A stretch of 64,000 nucleotides of DNA. It comes from an uncultured Desulfatitalea sp. Its GTDB lineage: Bacteria > Desulfobacterota > Desulfobacteria > Desulfobacterales > Desulfosarcinaceae. The position numbers were made by a program, and so were the translations under genes. Each line of letters opens with the position of its first letter. Position 1 is the first letter of the stretch. The stretch lies in the NCBI GenBank assembly GCA_963668675.2, contig CAXXMB010000001.1, positions 672,001 through 736,000 of the forward strand, in the 5' to 3' direction. Below, in pieces: positions 29,653 to 39,400 of the stretch. Below the pieces are notes generated by a model. That model saw only the letters and a list, made by a program, of their open reading frames with translations. It searched no databases and was not told the DNA's origin.

Positions 29653-30696
29653 CTATAGCCCCTTCAGTTGATCATTGGCACTGAGGATCAACTCTTCCGT
29701 CATCTCCCAGGAGATACAGGCATCGGTTATTGAAACACCGTACTGCATGGTATTCAAATCACCACTGTTTTTCTGTTGCCCCTCGTTGAGGTTGCTTTCC
29801 AGCATCATGCCGACAATAGCCGCGTTTCCAGCGGCGCGCTGGCTGATGACATCCTTCCAGACCACTGCCTGTTCCTTATATTTTTTGCGTGAGTTCGAGT
29901 GTGAGCAATCCACCACAATGCCTGCCGTCAGCTCTTTTTCAGCGAGCATGTCCAGCACTTCGCGGATGCTTACAGAGTCGTAATTTGGCCGTTTGCCGCC
30001 CCTCAGGACAAGATGGGCGAAGGTGTTTCCCAGTGTGTCGACGATACTGGCCTGGCCATATTGGTCGATGCCCAGGAAGTGCTGGGGTGATCGGGCCGCG
30101 ATCATTGCGTTGAGGGCCACTTTCAAATTGCCGTCCGTGCCGTTTTTGAAGCCGACAGGCATGGAGAGGCCACTGGCCATCTCACGGTGGGTCTGGGATT
30201 CGGTCGTTCGGGCACCGATCGCCGCCCAGCATACCAGACCGGCAATGTATTGGGGGATAAACGGGTCGAGCAGTTCAGTAGCGGTTGGAAGCCCCATCTC
30301 GGTGATTTGTCCCAGGAGGTGCCTCGCTTTTCTCAGCCCGTTTACGATATCGTAGGTGCCGTCCAGGTGTGGATCGTTGATCAAGCCTTTCCATCCCACG
30401 GTGGTGCGGGGTTTTTCGAAATAGACCCGCATCACGAGATAGAGCGTATCCTTGACGCGCCCCTGGAGATCCCGGAGTCGCTGGGCATACTCCATGGCAG
30501 CCGCCTCATCATGGATGGAACAAGGACCCGTGATCACCATGAGGCGTTTGTCGTTCTGGTCAATGATCTCTTGAATGGTCTGCCGCCCCTGAACAACTGT
30601 CTCAGCGGACGCTGTTGCAATCGGCTGCTCCTCTTTGAATGCTTCGGGGGAAATCAGAGGGGTGAAATCTTTGATGCGTACATCGTAGGTCTTCAT
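29653..30696 (-). CDS. 3-deoxy-7-phosphoheptulonate (DAHP) synthase, type I-alpha (AroF/G/H family)
   Basis: GPCSIHD, RVYFEKPRTTVGWKG, IGARTTESQTHRE.ASGLS, VDCSHSNS, YGVSITDAC. Confidence 0.96.
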   Translation of the reverse strand: MKTYDVRIKDFTPLISPEAFKEEQPIATASAETVVQGRQTIQEIIDQNDKRLMVITGPCSIHDEAAAMEYAQRLRDLQGRVKDTLYLVMRVYFEKPRTTVGWKGLINDPHLDGTYDIVNGLRKARHLLGQITEMGLPTATELLDPFIPQYIAGLVCWAAIGARTTESQTHREMASGLSMPVGFKNGTDGNLKVALNAMIAARSPQHFLGIDQYGQASIVDTLGNTFAHLVLRGGKRPNYDSVSIREVLDMLAEKELTAGIVVDCSHSNSRKKYKEQAVVWKDVISQRAAGNAAIVGMMLESNLNEGQQKNSGDLNTMQYGVSITDACISWEMTEELILSANDQLKGL

Positions 30697-30755
30697 CTTC
30701 CATCTCCTTCAAACGGTTGGCTTAATCGATTCACCATCACTTGTATAAAAAATGC

Positions 30756-30788
30756 AAAAAAAAAGCCGCAGGCTTGTGGCCTGCGGCT
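30756..30788 (-). terminator. Attenuator terminator upstream of DAHP synthase
   Basis: Minus strand agccgcaggc-cacaa-gcctgcggct ending in a run of 9 T. Confidence 0.88.
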
Positions 30789-30809
30789 ATTGGCTGTATA
30801 CGATCAGCG

Positions 30810-30899
30810 TCAACGCACCCCAGGCAGGCCGCTGCTAAAATAAAAGTAGTAGCTATAAAAGTAAGGCGTGTCGGTAATGTATGGTGTGTTTCGCTTCAT
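30810..30899 (-). CDS. Tyr/Phe-rich attenuator leader peptide MKRNTPYITDTPYFYSYYFYFSSGLPGVR (29 aa)
   Basis: Hand translation; 6 Tyr + 3 Phe, 8 of them within 9 consecutive codons; ends 21 nt before the terminator. Confidence 0.85.
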   Translation of the reverse strand: MKRNTPYITDTPYFYSYYFYFSSGLPGVR

Positions 30900-31109
30900 G
30901 GTATCGATTGGTATTTAAGTTTTTCAGAAAATAGCGGCTATCTCGGATGATGTCAACGGAATTTATTGACAGCTCAGGCCACGGTCGCAAACAACATTAC
31001 GATTCAGTTAGTTTTTTAATTTTTTGTTTACTTTAAATCGACGCATGGATAACCTTAGCCTCTAAAAACAGGTGCCATTTCATCCATTTATCCATAAGGA
31101 GTTACTTTT

Positions 31110-32102
31110 ATGAAACTTTGTTGCAAACGCCATGCGGCTTTGATGATGGCCTTGGTAGGCGTTCTCATGATTCCTTTGTCGGCCTTCGGTGCAGCCGAAA
31201 AATCCGTCGCCAAACCTGCCAACGTCGCCACGGTTAACGGCAAAGCCATATCTTATGAGGATTTCGAGAATGAGTTGACCCTCTACAAGCAGCGCATGCA
31301 GGCCCAGGGAATGCAGATTCCAGAACAGCTGCAGGGACAGGTCCGCTCTGAGGTGCTCGATCAGCTTATCGGTCGTGAGCTGATCTATCAGGCGAGTAAA
31401 AAGAGCGGTGTCAAGGTCGATACGGCAAAAGTGGAACAGGAGTTGGCCGCCATCAAACAGCGTTTTCCAGACCAGAAAAAGTTTGAAGAGGCGCTGGGTA
31501 AAATGAACCTCAGCGAGGAGAAGCTGAGGAACCAAATCACCGAGCGCAGCATGATTCGATCCTTCATCGAAAAGGAGATCGTCTCTAAAATTGAAGTGAC
31601 CGACGAAGAGGCCAAGTCTTTTTATGAAAAGAATCCCAATTACTTCAAACGTCCCGAAGAGGTGCATGCGCAGCATATCCTCATCAAGTCGAGTGAAGGG
31701 GACGATGATACAAAAAAATCAGAGTCACGCAAGGAGCTGATGGAGATCAAAAAACGCGCCGATGCCGGAGAGGACTTCAGCGAACTGGCCAAGGCCCACT
31801 CCCAGGGGCCGAGTGCGACCAATGGCGGCGACCTGGGCTACTTTTCCAAGGGTAAAATGGTACCACCCTTTGAGAAGGCGGCTTTCGCACTCGAGCCCAA
31901 TGAAATGAGCGATATCGTTGAAACACGATTCGGCTACCATCTGATCAAGGTGCTGGACCGGCGTGAGGCGTCGACGGTGAGCTTCGATGAGGCGCAGGCG
32001 AAAATCGTTGCCAATTTGCGAAACCAGAAAGTGCAGACCGAAGTGGCCAGTTACGTTAAGACATTGCGCAGTGAAGCAAAGGTGGAGACATTCCTAAAAT
32101 AG
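31110..32102 (+). CDS. PpiC/parvulin-type peptidyl-prolyl isomerase (SurA/PrsA-like)
   Basis: Signal peptide; VATVNG..I; VHAQHILI, FSELAKAHS, GGDLGYF..MVPPFEKAAF, VETRFGYHLIKV. Confidence 0.93.
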   Translation: MKLCCKRHAALMMALVGVLMIPLSAFGAAEKSVAKPANVATVNGKAISYEDFENELTLYKQRMQAQGMQIPEQLQGQVRSEVLDQLIGRELIYQASKKSGVKVDTAKVEQELAAIKQRFPDQKKFEEALGKMNLSEEKLRNQITERSMIRSFIEKEIVSKIEVTDEEAKSFYEKNPNYFKRPEEVHAQHILIKSSEGDDDTKKSESRKELMEIKKRADAGEDFSELAKAHSQGPSATNGGDLGYFSKGKMVPPFEKAAFALEPNEMSDIVETRFGYHLIKVLDRREASTVSFDEAQAKIVANLRNQKVQTEVASYVKTLRSEAKVETFLK

Positions 32103-32638
32103 TGGCCATCCGGAAGCAGGAGCCTAAGTCGGTGCGGTCTAAGAGAGCTGAAAACGGGGAACTGCAAAAACCCAGCAAAACAAAACGAAAAAAAGAGGCG
32201 ATGGCTGCCCAGCGGCTCGGTGAGGCGCTGGTCGGCCTGAGCGCCCAGCAGCTCGACAAGATGGGGATTCCCGAGGAGTTGCACGAAGCGATTGTCGCCG
32301 TCCGTCAGATGCATCAGCGCGGTGCCCGCCGCAGGCAGATGCAATATATCGGTGCCCTGATGCGCACCATCGACATCTCTCTACTTCAACGAAATATTGA
32401 GAAGGTTACTGCCCAGCGCCATGAGGAGACACGGCGATTCAGACAGGTTGAACTGTGGCGGGACGAATTGACGGCAGGTGACGAGAGACGGCTGTCATGG
32501 ATTATGGAGACATTTCCGGATATCGACAGAGAGGCGCTTGAGAAGATGGTTGGCGCTGTAACCGAAGCCAAAGGAGTACCCGAGCGCCGCAGAAGCAACA
32601 AAGCGCTCTTTCGTTTTCTCAGGGGGCTAATCGAGTAG
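32102..32638 (+). CDS. yjgA: Ribosome biogenesis factor YjgA/DarP
   Basis: SKTKRKKE…LGEALV, RRRQMQYIG.LMR, E.WRDEL, LFRFL. Confidence 0.88.
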   Translation: MAIRKQEPKSVRSKRAENGELQKPSKTKRKKEAMAAQRLGEALVGLSAQQLDKMGIPEELHEAIVAVRQMHQRGARRRQMQYIGALMRTIDISLLQRNIEKVTAQRHEETRRFRQVELWRDELTAGDERRLSWIMETFPDIDREALEKMVGAVTEAKGVPERRRSNKALFRFLRGLIE

Positions 32639-32683
32639 CACATCGATAGGGAAGAAACCGGCAGCAGGCAACAGTACACTACA

Positions 32684-33889
32684 TCAATTGATCATATCCA
32701 CCAGCTCATCCACGATCCGATCGAGAAAAAGCATCCCCTCTAAGGTCAGCCGACATCTTCGATCGTCCATTTCGATCCAGCCCTCCGCTGAGAAGCGGTC
32801 CAGGGCTGTATGGAAATAGAGTTTGAAGTCACTTTGGAATTGGTTTTGAAAATTGGAGAATTCGATGCCATCGGACTGACGCAGTCCCAGGTAGAGCGAC
32901 TCGATCATTTGCTGCTCTTCGGACAGCTGTTCGCTCTCCGACCTGGGGAGACGACCTTGGGAAATGTCATTCAAATAGTCGTCCAGGTGGCGATGGTTCC
33001 ACCAGCGCACGGGGACACTGAAACTATGCGCCGAAGGCCCAAGCCCGATGTAGGGGATGAAGTTCCAGTATTTCTGATTGTGCTTGGAACGCCAGCGGGC
33101 GTTTTGGGCATAGTTTGATATTTCATAGTGCTCATATCCGGCCACACCCAGGAAATCGTGGGTCATGCGAAAAAGGTCGGCTGTGCGTAAATCCGACAAA
33201 GGCGCCAAGCGGCCGGCCTGCATGTCGCTATGCAATGGCGTATGCGGTTCATAAGACAACATATAGCAGGCCAGGTGTTTGGGGGTTAGTCGGATCGCCT
33301 GCAGCAGATCGTTTTTCCAGGTGCTGGGTGACTGATCCGGTAATCCGAATATAAGATCCAGGCCGATGTTTGTGAATCCGGCGTCCACCCCGGCCTTTAC
33401 AGCCGCCAGAGCCTGTTTTGCGCTGTGCCTGCGCCCCAGAAACGCCAGGTGCTGATCGTTGAACGACTGAATGCCGATGTTGAGACGGTTGAAGCCAAAG
33501 GCGGCATAATCCTGCAAATCCCGGGTGGTTGCCGTAGCGGGATTGATTTCCAGTGTCATTTCGGCGTTGGGATCAAGGTTGAAATAGTCCGCTGCCCAAT
33601 CGACGATAAGCCCCATCTGTTTCGGGGTCAGCAGCGACGGAGTCCCGCCGCCTATATAGAGGGTGTCTGCTCTGTCGTCGCTGGTCGCGGCAAGCTTCAT
33701 TTCGGACTTCAAGGCCTTCAGGAAATCGGGGATACGACTCGTTTCGGTGATCGAGTAGAAATCGCAATAGGGGCACTTGCTTTGGCAAAAGGGGATGTGC
33801 ACATAGATTCCAGTGGCTTCCTGTGAGCCATCTCGCTGCTGTTCCATCATTGTGTCCTGACTATGCTGTTCCTCGAAATCGGGTGTCAA
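32684..33889 (-). CDS. hemW: Radical SAM heme chaperone HemW (start may be 33850)
   Basis: YVHIPFCQSKCPYCDF, GGGTPS, EINP, DLIFGLP, YEISNYA…HNQKYW..YIGLGPSAHS. Confidence 0.88.
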   Translation of the reverse strand: MTPDFEEQHSQDTMMEQQRDGSQEATGIYVHIPFCQSKCPYCDFYSITETSRIPDFLKALKSEMKLAATSDDRADTLYIGGGTPSLLTPKQMGLIVDWAADYFNLDPNAEMTLEINPATATTRDLQDYAAFGFNRLNIGIQSFNDQHLAFLGRRHSAKQALAAVKAGVDAGFTNIGLDLIFGLPDQSPSTWKNDLLQAIRLTPKHLACYMLSYEPHTPLHSDMQAGRLAPLSDLRTADLFRMTHDFLGVAGYEHYEISNYAQNARWRSKHNQKYWNFIPYIGLGPSAHSFSVPVRWWNHRHLDDYLNDISQGRLPRSESEQLSEEQQMIESLYLGLRQSDGIEFSNFQNQFQSDFKLYFHTALDRFSAEGWIEMDDRRCRLTLEGMLFLDRIVDELVDMIN

Positions 33890-33963
33890 TCGATAAATGT
33901 AGGCTTTCTTGTTCCTGACTTCAACCCTTTGTCATCTGCCCATTGCGCTGTTGTGAATGGTCC

Positions 33964-34413
33964 TCAAAAGGCGCCTATCTGGCATTGGCAAATTTTCAAT
34001 TTCATGGCATCGCACACTTTGGCGATATCGACCCTCGATATGCCGAACCCGTCTGCGATACGCCAGCCGTCAGCACATCGAAGACGCCCGTCGACCAAAG
34101 CGTTCTCAATGGCAGTTCTCAGTTCCTGATCGATCGGGGCCTGAGCCGTGGGGGACTGGGGCGTTTTGCTACCGCGGTCGCGACCGTGGCCAAAAAGGCC
34201 GAGCTGGCAATTCGAAATGCGCGCTTCCATGAGGTCGATGGCGATGCCCACCTCTTTAGCCTCGACTCCAAGTGAAGCTGCAATTTCGTGTGCCGCGCGG
34301 CAGGTGATCCTGTTGTCGGACAGTCGTTCGCGCACCGCCTGTTCGATAGCGGGCGCCACCCGGGTCCCGGGTGGGTGTTTGGCCGAATAGTGGCCGGCAT
34401 GTTCACGTGCCAT
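33964..34413 (-). CDS. Hypothetical protein made of two tandem ~60-aa Cys-containing domains
   Basis: RITCRAAHEIA…NCQLGLF and RLRCADGWRIA…QCQIGAF. Confidence 0.8.
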   Translation of the reverse strand: MAREHAGHYSAKHPPGTRVAPAIEQAVRERLSDNRITCRAAHEIAASLGVEAKEVGIAIDLMEARISNCQLGLFGHGRDRGSKTPQSPTAQAPIDQELRTAIENALVDGRLRCADGWRIADGFGISRVDIAKVCDAMKLKICQCQIGAF

Positions 34414-34525
34414 ATGAGATTTCCCCTAAATTGTATGAAGTTATATCCGGCGTTCCGGATTCTCGAAGTGGCGCACCTTAACATAGTGGCCAAGCGCGTG
34501 CAAATCCGCTATGATTGGTGGCGTG

Positions 34526-34552
34526 TTTAGCTGTTCTCATCCGCGCCGAGAA
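34526..34552 (+). promoter_or_regulatory. Putative sigma-28 promoter
   Basis: TTTA-N15-GCCGAGAA, 32 nt upstream of the FliK-like ATG. Confidence 0.45.
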
Positions 34553-34584
34553 CAGTCGAAATCAAACTGAAGACCCGAGTATTC

Positions 34585-36156
34585 ATGGATATCAGCACTA
34601 TCTTCAAAGCCGTGTTGGCCCCTGACCAGGAGAGTGGTCTCGAGCGATTCGAGGGTTTGCGTCCGGGAGACCAACTGACCGGTAAAATTGTACGCGTTGA
34701 AACGGACGGCCGACTGCTAATCGATCTGGGGCGGTTTCGCGCCCTGGCGCAAACCAATATCCAGGCGCAAGCCGGTCAGACCCTCAAGCTTACGGTCGAA
34801 AAGCTTGGAACCCCGCTCCACCTCCGATTGGCGTCGGCCACCTCATCGCAGGCCGCTAAAGCGCTTCCGCAAATCGCCCTTTCATCGCTGCTGACATCCG
34901 CCGAACGGCAGAAGGTCGTAAATGCCATCCAGAGGCTGCTGACGTCACTCCCGGATCAAGCCAAGATGCCGGCGCTTCCGTTGATCCACCGCCAGGGGCA
35001 AGCCACGCAGGAGGCACCTGCGGCCCAGCCCCGGGGAGAAGCGGCACAGAAAATTCCGGCGGCCCAACCCCAGGGGGAGGTGGCCCGGAAACCTCAGGCC
35101 GCCCAACCCCGGAGTGAAGGGGTTCGGACACCAGCACAGATCTCATTGCGAAAACCTGCGCTCGATCAGCCCCGGGGTGAAGTGGCGCAGAAATCTCCGC
35201 AGGGCCAGCTTCAGGGAGAAACCGCTAAGGCGCCGCTGTCTCGATTCCAGAGCGAAACGATGCAGACATCTCCGACGCCCCAACTCCGAAGCGAAACCGG
35301 GGCGATGCCCTCAGCGCCCTCAACCTCAGGGGCGATGGCACCTTCGCTCGCTTCGAATACGATGGCTGGCGCCGGCAAAACCCAGATGCCCATCCATCAC
35401 GCATTGGTTCAGCTTGGGGGGGTGCTTGTCGAGTCCTCTTCCCAAGCGTCGGTGCAGCAGTGGGTGGATGCGCTACGGCTTCAATTATCTGAAAGCGGCC
35501 ACCTGTTCGAAACCAGATTGGCGGATTTGGCCGACCCATCCTTGCCGTCAAACACACAGGCCGACGCTGACGGACTCCAAAGGGCCGTGGGACGAGATCT
35601 TAAGCCCAATTTGATGATCCTGCGGGAGCTGTTTGCCGAGACCAATGCCAACGCCCTGTCTGAATCAGGTGCCAGGCCGAAAGATATTGCCATTTTGCGG
35701 CAAACCGTAGATCGGCTGCTGTCGCATATTGAACAGCAGCAGGAGAGGGCTGTCCAGCGGGCGGGAGACCAGGATCTCTACCAAGTGTTTGCCCATCTGC
35801 TGCCAGTGAAGGAGCAGGCGCAACCGGTGCGCCTTAAGGTCTATTATCCCAGAAAAGGGCGCGGAGAAAAGCACGATTTGCAGCATCGCATCGCACTCTT
35901 GCTGGATATGGATCGGCTGGGGCCGGTAAGGGCGGATGTGGCCACGGCCGGAAACACGTTGAGTATCCGCTTTTTTGTACGGGATAGAGAGGTCCAGGCG
36001 ATTTTCGACCAGCACGTTCCAGAGGTTGAAACGGTGCTGTCGGAGCCGTTTGAACGGGTCGATATCGTCACTGAAGTGTCGAAAGAGAAGATCGCTCAGT
36101 TCGGCCAGGAGGACCGGATGGGACCTTCGGTCGGCAGAATCGATGTGCGAGCTTGA
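34585..36156 (+). CDS. FliK-like flagellar hook-length control protein
   Basis: Pro/Ala/Gln-rich middle; ESGHLFE; C-terminal LLLDMDRLGPVRADV…LSIRF; followed by an FlhB-C-like gene. Confidence 0.72.
   Translation: MDISTIFKAVLAPDQESGLERFEGLRPGDQLTGKIVRVETDGRLLIDLGRFRALAQTNIQAQAGQTLKLTVEKLGTPLHLRLASATSSQAAKALPQIALSSLLTSAERQKVVNAIQRLLTSLPDQAKMPALPLIHRQGQATQEAPAAQPRGEAAQKIPAAQPQGEVARKPQAAQPRSEGVRTPAQISLRKPALDQPRGEVAQKSPQGQLQGETAKAPLSRFQSETMQTSPTPQLRSETGAMPSAPSTSGAMAPSLASNTMAGAGKTQMPIHHALVQLGGVLVESSSQASVQQWVDALRLQLSESGHLFETRLADLADPSLPSNTQADADGLQRAVGRDLKPNLMILRELFAETNANALSESGARPKDIAILRQTVDRLLSHIEQQQERAVQRAGDQDLYQVFAHLLPVKEQAQPVRLKVYYPRKGRGEKHDLQHRIALLLDMDRLGPVRADVATAGNTLSIRFFVRDREVQAIFDQHVPEVETVLSEPFERVDIVTEVSKEKIAQFGQEDRMGPSVGRIDVRA
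34981..35310 (+). repeat. Degenerate 36-39-bp tandem repeat inside the FliK-like gene
   Basis: AAQPRGEAAQKIP / AAQPQGEVARKPQ / AAQPRSEGVRTPA / LDQPRGEVAQKSP / QGQLQGETAKAP / …. Confidence 0.8.
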
Positions 36157-36168
36157 GGAGCGGATAAG

Positions 36169-36438
36169 ATGACATCCGACAAACAGCAAAAAAAAGCTGC
36201 TGCATTGCGTTACGATCAGGCCCGGGACAAGGCGCCCAGAGTTGTTGCCAAAGGGCGCGGAAAGATGGCTGACCGCATCGTGGCTGCTGCCCGGGAGCAT
36301 GGTGTCCCCATGGTCGAAGATCGCAACCTTGTCCAGATGCTCGATGTGCTCGATATGGAGGCAGAGATTCCTGCCGAACTCTACCAGGCGGTGGCTGAAG
36401 TTCTGGCCTTCGTCTATCGTATGAACCGCCGCCCATGA
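36169..36438 (+). CDS. Stand-alone FlhB C-terminal-like (EscU/YscU/HrcU family) protein
   Basis: AAALRYD…APRVVAKGRG..A..I..A.EHGVP…EIP.ELYQAVAEVLAFVY. Confidence 0.9.
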   Translation: MTSDKQQKKAAALRYDQARDKAPRVVAKGRGKMADRIVAAAREHGVPMVEDRNLVQMLDVLDMEAEIPAELYQAVAEVLAFVYRMNRRP

Positions 36439-39400
36439 AATCCTTTGACTTGCTGCAGGCTCCCCTCGAGGGGGTTCAACTCATCGAAGCCGGTGCCGGT
36501 ACCGGTAAAACGTTCAACATTGCAGGACTGTTTCTGAGGTTGATTCTCGAGAAGGGGTTTGCCGTCGATGAGATCCTGGTGGTGACCTACACCAAGGCGG
36601 CCACCGAGGAGTTGAAACGTCGCATAAGACGACGATTGATAAGTGCAAAAACTGCATTGAATACAGGAGAATCCGACCAGCTAATTGATGCGATGGTTAA
36701 TAGGGGCGGCACTCCCGAAGCCGCCCTGCAGCGGATCCTCGATGCACTCACCGATTTTGACCGGGCCGCCATTTTTACCATTCACGGATTCTGCCAACGC
36801 ATCTTGAATCACTTTGCCTTCGAGACCGGCTATCTGTTCGAAGCGCAGCTGCTGCAGGACGATCAACCCCTGATCCAGGAGATGGCGGACGATTTTTGGC
36901 GAAGGCACATTGCAACGGCGCCTGAGGAGCTGGCAGGAGCCGCACTTGTTGACCTTAATGGGCCGGAAGCGTTGGCCGCCCTGTTCGGCCGATGTCGAAC
37001 ACCTGGAATGAGGGTGATCCCGGAGGCAGCCGAACCCCCACTCGATGCCATCGACGCTTGGCGCGAGGCTGCTCTTCATGTCTGCCGGGCCTGGCCGGCC
37101 GCACGCGGAGAGGCGCTGAAGCTGCTTGCATCTGAAGGGCTCAACGCGAGGTGGTATGGCAAATGCGCGCCGGACAAAGCGGATTCCGAGCTTTCCCCCC
37201 GCAAGACGATGCTCACCGCACTATCGGCTCAGATGGACCAATGGGAGGGACGCTACCCCGTCTTCAAACTGTTTGACCGCTTCACTGTATCTCTTCTGGA
37301 GAAGGCCACCAAAAAGAAGCATACCACCCCAAGGCATCCCTTTTTCGAGTTGTGTGAGCATGCACAGAAAACACTTGAGGAGATGGAGGTTCAGATAAGC
37401 GATTATCTTCGCCATCTGAAAGTGCGTTTGATAAAAGAGGCCCGGCAGAGCCTCGATAAGAAGAAGAGAGACCAAAGCCTTCTTTTTTACGATGACCTGT
37501 TGCTGCAGGTGCACGGCGCGTTGGGGAGCAGGTCCGCTCCGGGTCTCGTTCGGGCGTTGAGAGAGAGTTACCGTGCGGCCCTGGTAGACGAATTTCAGGA
37601 CACCGATGCCCTCCAGTACGATATTTTCACCCTCCTCTTTGGCGATCCGAGCGCATTGCTTTTCATGATCGGAGATCCAAAACAAGCCATTTACAGTTTC
37701 CGTGGCGCTGATCTTTTCTCCTACCTGGAGGCCAAGCGGGAAACCTCCCATCAATTTACCCTGACCCGTAACTGGCGTGCTACCCAACCACTGATCCAGG
37801 CCATCAATACCCTGTTCGGCAGTCATCCACTGCCTTTCGGTGACGATCAGATCGCCTATCTGCCTGCTGAGGCGGCTGATATCGGCGAGGGCCCGATGGA
37901 TGAGGCACCGTTCGAGTTGTGGTATTTGGGGAGTGGAGAAGAGGAGGGGCCCATACGACCCATTTCGCAGGAGGATGCCACCCGCCAGATCGTGGCTGCC
38001 GTCGCCGAGCAGGTCGTAACGCTGCTCAACGGGACCGAAGAGAGATATCCGTTCGAACCCCAGGCCATTGCCGTGTTGACCCGCACCCACCGACAAGCGC
38101 AAAGCGTCAAGACCGCACTCGATCAACGCGGTGTAACTGCGGTACTGCACAGCGCAGGGAGTGTCTTCGATACCCGGGAAGCGGCCTCATTGGCCCTTGT
38201 ACTGGAAGCGGTGGCCATGCCCACGGATCCGTCTCGGGTGAGGACAGCCCTGGCCACCGACTTGATCTGTACATCGGCCGCTGAATTATGCGCATCGGTC
38301 GAGGCGCCGGCAGCCGCATGGGAAGCTCGTTTGTCGCGGTTCGATGCCTACCATCGCATTTGGCAGCGCGAAGGTTTCTATCCCATGTTCAGCCGGCTGA
38401 TGGATGACGAAAAGATCAAAAGCAGGCTTCTTGCCCAAGGCGAGGGGGAGCGGCGCCTGACCAATCTTCTACACCTGGCCGAACTGCTTCATATGGCCTC
38501 TTTGGAACGTTCATCGGGGCCGGAGGGTTTGTTGTCATGGTTTCACAACCAGCGCTCCGATGGCGGCGGCGGAGAGGATGCCCAAAAGTTGAGGTTGGAA
38601 AGCGATGCCCGGGCTGTGCAGATCATCACCATCCATAAGAGCAAGGGGCTTCAATTCGATGTGGTTTTCTGCCCCTTTGTGTGGAGCGGCGCCAGAGTGG
38701 ATAAAAAGAGCATCACTTTTCACGATCCGGACGCCGGCGGGCAACTCACCATGGCCATCGGGCCGGAAATCGAACCCGCTCACAGCGATATGGCCCTTCG
38801 AGAGGCGCTGGCCGAAAATATTCGACTGCTCTATGTGGCGGTCACAAGGGCCAGGCAGAGGTGCTATTTGGCCTGGGGTCGTATCAAGGGGACTGATGTG
38901 TCGGCCACCGCCTACCTGTTCCATGGTCCCCCAGAGAGTGATCTTACCGGTGAAGGGCTGCGCCAGCTGAAACGCAAAATGGCGGGCATGGATGACGCAA
39001 GACTCATCCGGGAGCTGACGCACATCGAAGCGCGGTCCGAAGGCACCATCCGTTTGAAGCCGCTGCCAGTGCCGACTAAGGTTGACCATCTCGCAATCGA
39101 AACGGGTAAAGCGGCGCTTGCGGAACGCGGTTTTAATAAAGCTTTTGACACCCAGTGGCGTATTGCCAGCTTTTCGAGCCTGACTGCCGGGGCCGCCGCA
39201 CATGAAATCGATCCCGCAGATCGTGATGCCCAGTATATAGAATCGGTATCAGGTGATTTGCAGGAATCAAAAGCACTCGATCTTTTTGCGTTTCCAAAAG
39301 GGACCAGGGCCGGTCTCTTTTTTCACGACCTGATTGAACATGTCGATTTTGCAAACAGCGATGGGGCATTGCGGAGCGCGCTGGTAGCGGAAAAATTAAA

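Noticed and set aside
32684..33889. Radical SAM enzyme as maturase for the six-Cys peptide
   Set aside because: It has HemW signatures, no SPASM domain, and lies about 10 kb away
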